From Flaccisagitta enflata (lineage: Eukaryota), in assembly GCA_965153355.1 (NCBI GenBank), contig OZ231126.1, positions 2,480,001 to 2,544,000 of the forward strand: a stretch of DNA of 64,000 bases, read 5' to 3'. Made by a program: the position numbers and the translations under genes. Below are positions 13,101 through 21,543 of the stretch, piece by piece. Under the pieces are notes generated by a model. That model saw only the letters and a list, made by a program, of their open reading frames with translations, had not been told where the DNA came from and did no database searches. How positions within the stretch are numbered: the first letter of the stretch is position 1; each line of letters begins with the position of its first letter.

Positions 13101-15254
13101 TCAAATTTCCCATATTTTTTGCAACTTTGCATGTATTTATAAGTAAGGATAAACGTTGATTAATTTGAAATTCCAAGTAGAAGGGGTTAAAGATTAATGA
13201 TTTCATGAAGTTTCAGCATCGTTAAGCAGGTATCAACAGAACAAGGCCGGATACACGGCTATCTTAGTCGCATAAGGGTGGGCAGGGGTGGCGAAAAAAA
13301 GCAAAGTGTAACGGACCGACCGACGGACAGATGGACAGAGCGGGTTGTAGAATCGCGTGAACCCGACTGAAAATACTGTTGAAGGATGGTTAGAACTCCC
13401 GCACTCATTGTTAAACTTGAAAATTAAAATCATATTCATAAGCTTTTATTGATATGACATTATCATTAAGGTTCAAATTGGAAAAACGTCGGTGCCAATA
13501 TATTTCCCTACTCATACTGATGTTGGTTGGAACGATTGGGGAATTGGAACAACAAATAAAAAAAGCAAAATCATAATGAAGGTGAGATACAGTTTAACCC
13601 TTTTTAGCAAATGGGGAAATGGAATCACAAAGTAAAACAAAATCATAATGAAGGTGAGATACAATTTGACCCTTTTTAGCGATTGGGGAAATGGAATAAC
13701 AAAGAATTACAAAATCATAATAACATCTTTTATTCGTCATAAGCGACAGAGCATACAACACCATACGACTAACTAGAAAAAAAAATATAATGGGAGAAAG
13801 ATTTAAGGAAAAAAAATGTAGGATTACATTAGCGTCAGCTTGTACAAGTGTCCAAGCGTTGGATTGCGCAGCGACGGGAGCTGTTGAAGGAATCTCGTAG
13901 AATTCTTCTCGAAGATTTTGGTGAGCGACGGGTATCCAAATGAGATGCGCAAGTACCGCACACTTTCCCAGCGGTTGTACGTGAAGACTCGACGTATACA
14001 ATCGTTAAGGGCGACGTTCATAGAGAGCATTTGATTGACAGAATATTGAATAACGTCAGAAGCATAAGTTAAATGGGGAACACAGGTAGCAGGTAAGGTA
14101 CACTTTAACCCTTTTTAGCGATTGGGGAAATGGAATAACAAAGAATAGCAGAATCATCATGAAGGTGAAATACAGTTTAACCCTTTTTAGCAACTGGGGA
14201 AATGGAATAACAAAGAATTACAAAATCATAATGAAGGTGAGGTACAGTTTAACCCTTCTTAGCGATTGGGGAAATGGAATAACAAAGAATAGCAAAATCA
14301 TCATGAAGGTGGAATACAGTTTAACCCTTTTTAGCGACTGGAGAAATGGAATACCAAAGAATGACAAAATCATAATGAAAGTGAGGTACAGTTTAACCCT
14401 TTTTAGCGATTGGGAAATGTAATAACAAAGAATAACAAAATCATCATGAAGGTGAAATACAGTTTAACCCTTTTTAGCAATTGGGGAGATGGAATAACAA
14501 AGTGTAACAAAATCATCATGAAGGTGAGATACAGTTTAACCCTTTTTGGGCAGCGGCCCCGAAGGTGTCGATGACCTATGATTTCACACATTTGGGGAAT
14601 TTTCTCCTTCTCCTCCTTCTTCTTCATCCCCCCTCCCCTCAAATCCCAGTCTCGAGGCCCAAATTCCAGTCTCGAGGCCCAAATTCCAGTCTCGACACCC
14701 AAATATTAGTCTTGAGGCCCAAATCCCAGGACTTTGGCCTTTAGGCTAGGATTTGGGCCTCAAGGCTGGGATTTGGGCCTCGAGACTGGGATTTGAGCCT
14801 CGTGACTGGAGGAGAAGGAGAAAGTATAACAAAATCATCATGAAGGTGATTTGAAGCAGATGTAAAGGGACTTACAAATGACTTAAATGTTTCAGCTCCT
14901 TTCACACCATTAAGTGCCTTTCTCTCCCTCTCTTTGTTTGACAGGTTCACACCAAAGCAAGTGCCTGTACACCCCCTTCTGCTATGTCGATAGAAACCCT
15001 TTGTCCTGGTAGCATGATAAACACGCACGGATTGGCTGTTGTACAAAATGTCGATCATCGGTGCAACATGGTTATGAAGGTTCCATGCGTAGGCGGTGCT
15101 GTAAAACGTGGTAAGAATCGGTATCTAAGCTAGTGCTTTATATTTGTGTTACTACTCATTGAAAATTGTAGGTCCTCGATAGATGTTGATTTAGCAGTCT
15201 GTCAATGGCGGTGTGGTCATCTTTTGCATCGTCGTTGGCGTCATCATAGTTATC

Positions 15255-15328
<74 letters not shown>

Positions 15329-16329
15329 TGTCGTCGCCGTCGTCGTCGTTGTCGTCGTCGTCGTCGTTGTCATCATCATAATCATTGTGAGCCAACGTCA
15401 TCGTCGCCGCTACCAACCCCTTCAGTTATGTTTAGGTGTAAAACTGTGTGAAACTGAAACAGAGCTAAATAACCAATGCCACTGACCCTTAAATCCTTCT
15501 TTTTAATTGTGAAACTGTGTGAAACTGAAACAGAGCTAATTAACCAATACTACTGCCACTGACCCCTTAAATCCTTCTATTTTGTTTAGTTGTGAAACTG
15601 TGTGAAACTGTGTAAATCTGAAACAGAGCTAATTAGCCAACGCTGCTGTCACTGACCTCATAAATTCCTCTTTAATGTCTAGGTGTGAAAGTCTTTGACA
15701 GTGGTAAAACTACCACCAGCCCCTTAAATCGTGATAAACTCTACGTCGGTCTCAAAGGACCTTCAACTTCTCAAGTAAAGCCTAAGCCACAAAAAGCTAC
15801 TATCCAGCTCATAAGCATATAAATATTTGGGAAGAGTCAACAACTTTGTGGAAGTACTGCTCCTAATTGAATTTAGCTACATGACCCTAATTGGTCGGAT
15901 TTGAAAGAAATAGAATCGCTCTATAGAATGGAACCAGTCTGGTAATGGCAGCTTTTTTTGTTGAGAAACAGCTACAGCATTCTTGCAAGGTTAATGCTTC
16001 TTTCTGGATGTCTGAAAACTTCAACTTCAACTTTTTTTTTCATGTAAACACAAGTAGTGCACCATCCGTTCAAACTACCGCCAGGTGGTTTTCAGTTCAG
16101 TGGAACCCCGCTTCTTTGACAACGCCGTTAACGGCAGCCTGCAATTAGTGTACAACAAGCTGAGGTCCCAAATTTTTCTGGCCTTTTGTAATGCTAAATT
16201 GCCCCTAAACAACGGGCACGCATTTAGCGGTGAATCGCCATTATCGGTCAAATATTTTATGCCAAAATGACCCTAAACTCTTTGATAAAGGCAGACATAC
16301 TGAAGCCCACCAACAGAGAGAGAAAAAAA

Positions 16330-16400
<71 letters not shown>

Positions 16401-19400
16401 AAATTTATGAGTTATGAGTTACCATAGCATTGCATGAAAAAACTTTTTCTTAGATACAGCATGACAAATCATAAAACTCATTGGATTTGACACAAAAGTC
16501 TGGATAAGGGTCAAGAGCGTTAGTTTGAACTGGTTTTCCCTTTACAACAACCATTTGATTGGTGCACTGTTTTTAACTCTAATTTTCCATTAAACTGTCA
16601 CTGTCAGTCTGTCCTTTTGTCTTCCCGTTTTGCTGTCATTTTTCTTTATTTCTCATAATACAATCTCAGCATCACACTTTTTAGCTTTAAGTTTGTTTTT
16701 AGTCGCGTGCACGCGACTCTACAACCCGCTTTGTTGGTCCGTCGGTCCGTTGGTCCGTTGGTCCGTCGGTCAGTCCGTCCGTTCGTCCGTCCGTCACACT
16801 TTACTTTTTTACTATACTTTAAGTTATTTCTAGTCATTTTAAGTCATTTTAAGTAATTCTAAGTCATTTTAAGTAATTCTAAGTCATTCTAAGTCATTCT
16901 AAGTCATTCTAAGTCATTCTAAGTCATCCTAAGTCATTCTAAGTTATTTTAAGTCACTTAAGTCAAATAGGTCAAAGTGGTCATTTCAGTCAATTTACGT
17001 CTTTTTAAGTCATTTAAAGTTGTCTTGAGTCATTTTAAGTCATCATGAGTCAATAAAAGTCATCTTAAGTTATTTATGTCTCGCACGCGACTTATAGGTG
17101 TTGGCCTTGTTCAATCAGAGGCATTGCAAAAAATCTGCTTCAATCTTATTTTTTCACAATTCAAAAATGTCACTGACAAGTTTTTTCCTCACTTTTCTTC
17201 CCTCGAGGCACATCTTCTGAACCCACTATCATGCAATTTTTAGCTTGTGTACAGATGTGGAGTATTAATTTAGTGTGCCAAATATTTGTTTGTCAATAAT
17301 ATTTTGAGCGATTTTGCATACATTTTATAATTCATCTGAATTTTTTATACCTATTCATAAAAAAAAGAAAAACATTCAATTACCAATTAAATTTGGAAGT
17401 GGTGGATGCTATGGTAAAAAAAATCAGTTAGCCAAATAGCATTTCATGATAACGGTGCCCCATGATAAAGGCCAAATTTGGAGGGTCTTAGTATGGTTCT
17501 TAGTATTACTTTGAATTTTCCGCTTATATTTACTCAGGATGAACTAGGATCCAGCTTCAAAGAAATCTTTCTTGTGGCGCTTTTTGAAAAAAATATAAAA
17601 TTGATAATTTTTCATCGCATGATGCACCCAGATTTTAGAGGGTTGTTAGAAAACATTTTTGGATAGCATATTTGAATTCTTGATGAAATTTCCTTGCATT
17701 TGATAGGTCGCACTATATATTTTTCAAAAGAGATCAAATTTTCAATTTTTTTTGTAACGGTGGCTTAAAAATCAAAAATTTTATTTCTTTTCAAAAATAT
17801 ATAGTGCGACCTATCAAATGAAAGGAAATTTTATCAGGAAATCAAATATGCTATTTAAAAAGATCTTCCAACAACCTTAAAAATTCTGACTTCAAAATAA
17901 GAGAAAAAACAATCAATTTTGGATTTTGTTCAAAAGGTGCCACAAGAAAGATTTTTTTGAAGCTGGATTCTTGTTCAGGAGGTCCATATTGAGTGTAAAC
18001 AAGCGGAAAATCCAGAGTAATACTGAAAACCACCTGGCGGTAGGTTGAACGAATGGTGCATGGGGCCGTTATCAAGGGGCAGGGCTGTATTACTCTGGAT
18101 TTTCCGCTTGTTTACACTCAGTATGGACCTCCTGAATAAGAATCTAGCTTCAAAAAAATCTTTCTTGTGGCGCCTTTTGAAAAAAAAACAAAATTGATTG
18201 TTTTTTATCTTATTTTGAAGTCAGAATTTTTAGGGTTGTTAGGAGATCTTTTTAGATAACATATCTGAAATCCTGATAAAATTTCCTTTCATTTGATAGG
18301 TCGCACAATATATTTTTCAATAGAAATGGAATTTTTGATTTTTAAGCCACCGTTACAAAAAGTAACGGTGGCTAAAAAATTGAAAATTTGATCTCTTTTA
18401 AAAAATATATAGTGCAACCTATCAGACGAAAGGAAATTTCATCAGGAATTCAAATATGCTATCTAAAAAGGTTTTCTAACAACCCTCTAAAATCTGGATG
18501 TAATATAGGATAGAAAATTATCAATTTTGGATTTTTTTCAAAAAGCGCCACAAGAAAGATTTCTTTGAAGCTGGATCCTAGTTCAGGAAGTCCATCCTGA
18601 GTAAATACAAGCGGAAAATTCAGAGTAATACTAAAAACCACCTGGCGGTAGTTTGGACGGATGGTGAGTGGGAAGATATTAGATTTTTGCATATTTTAGG
18701 CTAAAATGTTCTTTGAATCGAAAATCATCATGTCTGAGAGTAATAAGGCATTACTTTTTGTGGCTTAGGATATCTGGAAGTTCGGTAAGTGCTTTTTCCA
18801 TTCTTTCTCAAATTCTAACGTTTCTTTCTCATGAGCTAAATCCTTATTGAAAGAACAAGGCCAAGTAGGCCAATAAGGTGCGACGTGTGGATCGTCGAAC
18901 GAATGCGTTACCAACCGACCAACAGACCGACCAACGGACACAGCCAGTTATAGAGGTGCCTTGTCGCACTTAAAAAAATAACGAAACAAGGCCGGATACA
19001 CGGCTACCCCAGTCGCGTGTGGGTGGGCAGGAGCTGTATTTGAGGTCACTTTATCATTTGGGCAGGAGCAGTGAGGCCGAAGACTGCTAAAACCCCAAAA
19101 AAAAGTTGAGTGTGACGGACTGACGGACAGATGGACAAAACGACGGACCGACAGACGGACCGACAGACGGACGGATGGGCGGACCGACAAAGCGGGTTGT
19201 TGAGTCGCGTAGCACGCGACTAAAAATAACAAACAAAAACTAAAGCCAGTCCAACTGTCCAAGTTATGGTTATTTCAGGGCATTTTAATGACTACGCGTA
19301 TGAAGGGGCGTTTTGGGCTGGACTGCAGTTACTTCACGAATTAAATCAAGGAGTAACAAGTATAAAATGGCAGGTAGAACTCATAGAGGGACAGCAACAA

Positions 19401-21543
19401 AGCCAACAACTGAAACAACAACAACTCATCAACCACAGAGGAACCTTAGGGTCAAGTTCATTGACGAATTCACCCATCTTTTTTTTTTTTTTTTTTTTTT
19501 TTTTTTGCGCCCTATCCTTGACAAAATCAAGTCATTGTTGAGGCTCTTTTTTATGAAAAAGAAATATCCAAGGTTTTGAGCTTCATTTTGCTTAGAAAGT
19601 CTTAAAGGCTGGTTGGTCTCATTTCCTGTCAGTACAATCGTCATGTCATGAAATTTATTCTAATGAAATTTTCTTTTATTAGAGGTTTTAAAGATTTTCT
19701 TACATATGTTCGAGCACATGCCAATGCAAATGCACACCAAACATAACCATAGACATGCAATTATGGACTTTTTATTCCTTTCATCGTGCTTAAAACTGTC
19801 TTAGGGAGCTTGAGGTCCAAGCATTTACAACATAGCCGGATACACGGCTATCCTAGTCGTGTGCGGGTGGGCCGGGGAAGTGATAGAGAAGGGGCATTTG
19901 GGCAGTAGCAGTGCAATCAAAATGCTCAAAAACGTCAAAAATTAAAGAGGAGACCGACCTTCCAACCGACAGACCGACAGACGGACTAAATGGGGTGTAG
20001 AGTCGCGTAGCACACAACTAAAAATTTAGTTAAGCAAGGCCGGATACACGGCTACCGAAGTCGCGTGCGGGTGGGCAGGGGCCATATTTGAGGTCACCAG
20101 ACCATTTGGGCAGGAGCAGTGAGGTCAAAGAAATAAAATCATAAAAGAAAGTAAAGTAAGACCGACCGACCAACCGACCGACGGACAAAGCGGGTTGTAG
20201 AGTCGCGTGCACGCGACTAAAAATGAATATCTTTTTTTTCTTCCTCTTCTAGGCTTTTATCCAGGCCTACACAATCAAAGATCCCAGAAACATAAGGGAC
20301 ATCCCAATGGAGTACAGGGTGAAGATTGGTGATAACTCAAACAATTACCAACTGGGGGTCTCTGTCAAAAAAGACAAAGGGGGATCTGAATGCCACGATC
20401 GTTTTTCAATTTTGGATGGCGTAAAATTTGACTGTAAGCACTTCTTTCAATACCTGCTTCAATATTTCCTTCAGCTTTAAAATTCAAATTTCTAGTCGTG
20501 TCTCTACACCCCGCATTGTCTGTCCGTCCGCCTATTGGTCCGCCCTCAGTTCGTCGGTCCATCACATTTTACTTTGTATGGCGTTTCTCAGTCCCATTTG
20601 TGCAACTTTAGAGCGATTGAAAAGGTTACTTGGGCATTTGGGCAGGAACAGCGAGCTCAAAAAGCTCAAAAATGCCGAAAAAGAAATAGCTTTAAAAGTG
20701 TTTGATGGTCAGCAGTACCCGTTGCCCCTATGTCAGTGTACGTGGATGAGTAATGGTGAGAGGGGCAGCGGACCCCAAAGGGGCTGATGACCTATGCTCA
20801 GTAAGTTTGTATACGTAAGGCTGGGATTTGAGCCTTAATGCTCGGATTTAGGCCTCAAGGCCGGAGTTTGAGCCTTGAGGCTGAGATTTTAGCCTTAAGG
20901 TCGGGATTTGAGCCTCGAGGCTGTGACTTGAGCCTCAAGGCTGTGATTTGAGCCTTGAGGCTGAGGTTTGAGTCTCATGGCTGGGACTTGAGCTTTTAAG
21001 CTGGGATTTGAGCCTTGAGGCTGGAGTGTGAGCCTCAAGACTTGGATTTGAGCCTTGAGACTGGGAATTGAGCCTTGAGGCCATTATTTGGGCGTCAAGG
21101 CTAGAATTTGGCCCCAAGGCTGGGATCTGAGCCTCAAGGCTGGGATATGAGCTTCAAAGGGGGTGGACAGATAAAGAAGCAGAAGAAGAAGAGGGATGAT
21201 TTGCCTTATGTGTGACAGTAATGGTCATCTGTCGGACGGGCGGAAGGACAAATTGGGGTGTAGACTGTAGAGTCTCGTAGCACGCGACTAAAGAAACCAT
21301 ATATTCTTGCACATTTTCCAGATACTAAAAACTGGTGGCACGATGGCACTGTTGAAGACAAATATATTGAAGACATAAATTACAGTGAAATGCCATTCGC
21401 TTGGACACAGTATTACCCAAGTATAGCTAAACCTGGAGTTCAAGATCGGCAGGAGTATTGCAGTTTGGGTTACAAAAGTCTCGTCCATACAGAAATCAGG
21501 ATATTCATGGATTCTTCCACCACAGCTTTTGTTCCCTCTGCAT
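435..21543 (+). CDS. Spliced gene (5'-incomplete) encoding a tandem multi-fibrinogen-related-domain protein; 18 exons, about 747 codons in this interval
   Basis: Exons 435-521, 1137-1212, 1485-1555, 2678-2811, 4694-4748, 6553-6745, 7456-7533, 10618-10769, 11091(or 11115)-11279, 12272-12519, 12953-13027, 13471-13581, 14945-15110, 15683-15774, 18769-18784, 19279-19373, 20253-20433, 21322-21543. All have AG/GT ends, matching phases and no stop. FReD motifs recur three times in order: YQDGF..GIWIGLDRL..WWFDSC; YWMYSLDFVHDLT..YSNFVVGD..KWW..C..GWNDWG; FG..FWAGLQLLHEL..IGDNSNNYQL..NWW..YKSLVHTEIRI. Confidence 0.85.
1137..1212 (+). CDS. Exon (NVDKITLKLRRKKPAETCTNLQAHK)
   Basis: Pyrimidine tract plus ttttag; donor gttatt gives phase 2 and completes Trp with the next exon. 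Confidence 0.6.
1485..1555 (+). CDS. Exon (WDKCALVPTPTTVALDKILILFNI)
   Basis: tttacag acceptor, gtaagg donor, phase 2-1, open frame. Confidence 0.65.
1653..2472 (-). mobile_element. Interspersed element, inverted paralogue of ~55058-57370
   Basis: tttactagtaatggcggct..gtgagaaaaaa is the reverse complement of 57335-57370; 2325-2470 is the reverse complement of 55060-55195 joined to 56687-56700. Confidence 0.8.
2678..2811 (+). CDS. Exon, FReD1 (..LDKITTMKQYQDGFET)
   Basis: tttttacag / gtagga; YxxGF fibrinogen motif; phase 1-0. Confidence 0.8.
3057..4439. mobile_element. Foldback/MITE with ~500-bp inverted arms
   Basis: Ends cggccaggaatctc / gagaattctggccg; ggacccatcccagatttttgcacagggg (3111) is mirrored at ~4363-4391; arms extend to ~3570 and ~3945. 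Confidence 0.85.
4694..4748 (+). CDS. Exon, FReD1 (TSAKGIWIGLDRLVKVTK)
   Basis: ttttcag / gtgaga; matches the FReD G-x-W-l-G-L motif; phase 0-1. Confidence 0.85.
6553..6745 (+). CDS. Exon, FReD1 (DKCDLTAKIEE..YPRFEV..YEISI..DGFSI)
   Basis: Long T tract plus cag / gtaagt; Y..F.V....Y.l pattern; phase 1-2. Confidence 0.8.
7456..7533 (+). CDS. Exon, FReD1 signature (QTFQIGGSRCPASWWFDSCQQPTAR)
   Basis: tctctcag / gtaaaa; WWFDSC matches the fibrinogen WWFxxC signature; phase 2-2. Confidence 0.85.
10618..10769 (+). CDS. Exon, FReD1 end and linker (YPTSDKPHWADVG..SDCQQNVQLRNCPL)
   Basis: tgtccag / gtagga; phase 2-1; open frame. Confidence 0.75.
11091..11279 (+). CDS. Exon, FReD2 N-part (GQITTILVDKKRYDVQCYGEDK); alternative in-phase acceptor at 11115
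   Basis: G..T.I......V.C pattern typical of an FReD N-terminus; phase 1-1; acceptor position ambiguous. Confidence 0.7.
11512..12100. mobile_element. TA-flanked MITE (Tc1/mariner-type)
   Basis: ta-ccgggtcatcaatctgga ... tccagattgatgaccctg-ta; inverted arms about 160 bp. Confidence 0.8.
12272..12519 (+). CDS. Exon, FReD2 core (YYWMYSLDFVHDLT..KYSNFVVGDSSTDYQL..DTFSIRRNG)
   Basis: caacag / gtaatg; strong FReD core pattern; phase 1-0. Confidence 0.9.
12953..13027 (+). CDS. Exon, FReD2 (KFKDHKSGKNFKWWNVKDSCDASHQ)
   Basis: ccacag / gtactg; NG|KF junction and WW..C motif; phase 0-0. Confidence 0.8.
13471..13581 (+). CDS. Exon, FReD2 C-terminus (..DVGWNDWGIGTTNKKSKIIMK)
   Basis: ttaag / gtgaga; GWxxWG..K..MK FReD terminal motif; phase 0-0. 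Confidence 0.75.
13533..14850 (+). repeat. 72-bp tandem array copied from an exon 3' end plus donor site, interrupted by a LINE fragment and a family B element
   Basis: Unit cgattggggaaatggaataacaaagaatagcaaaatcatcatgaag-gtgagatacagtttaaccctttttag, about 10 copies; the first copy overlaps exon 13471-13581. Confidence 0.9.
13722..14088 (-). mobile_element. 5'-truncated non-LTR retrotransposon (L2/CR1-group-like) 3' end
   Basis: Minus-strand frame TCVPHLTYASDVIQYSVNQMLSMNVALNDCIRRVFTYNRWESVRYL..* resembles the post-RT C-terminus of LINE ORF2, followed by a short 3' UTR with AATAAA; inserted within one 72-bp unit. Confidence 0.7.
14945..15110 (+). CDS. Exon, linker and FReD3 start (VHTKASAC..MKVPCVGGAVKR)
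   Basis: Strong pyrimidine tract plus gacag / gtaaga; phase 0-1; open frame. Confidence 0.75.
15417..15730 (+). repeat. ~80-bp tandem repeat (3-4 degenerate units) ending at an exon acceptor
   Basis: actgtgtgaaactgaaacagagctaa...ccccttaaatc repeated; (t/c)tag(g/t)tgt(g/a)aaa occurs at 15432, 15586 and at the real acceptor 15680. Confidence 0.75.
15683..15774 (+). CDS. Exon, FReD3 (GVKVFDSGKTTTSPLNRDKLYVGLKGPSTSQ)
   Basis: gtctag / gtaaag; phase 1-0; open frame. Confidence 0.6.
17449..18665. repeat. Two adjacent ~600-bp palindromes (four alternating copies of a ~300-bp unit)
   Basis: gataacgg..cccat (17449) is mirrored at 18059-18072; second palindrome 18088-18665 is centred on ccaccgttac-aaaaa-gtaacggtgg. 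Confidence 0.85.
18769..18784 (+). CDS. 16-nt micro-exon (DIWKF-G)
   Basis: ggcttag acceptor, perfect gtaagt donor; phase 0-1 bridges the flanking exons and restores the FG motif before the FW.GL exon. Confidence 0.6.
19279..19373 (+). CDS. Exon, FReD3 (GHFNDYAYEGAFWAGLQLLHELNQGVTSIKWQ)
   Basis: tttcag / gtagaa; G.FW.GL..lH.L motif; phase 1-0. Confidence 0.85.
20253..20433 (+). CDS. Exon, FReD3 (..YRVKIGDNSNNYQLGV..DRFSILDGVKFD)
   Basis: Pyrimidine tract plus ctag / gtaagc; IGD...Y.L and D.fS..G.KF motifs; phase 0-1. Confidence 0.88.
21322..21543 (+). CDS. Exon, FReD3 C-terminus (YTKNWWHDG..FAWTQ..GYKSLVHTEIRIF..)
   Basis: ttttccag / gtaaga; WW and YKSL..TE.RI motifs; phase 1-1. Confidence 0.85.

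Noticed and set aside
14159-14422. ORF with 24-aa repeats as an independent gene
   Set aside because: It is the translation of the 72-bp intronic array; neighbouring units contain a stop, a 1-nt deletion and insertions.
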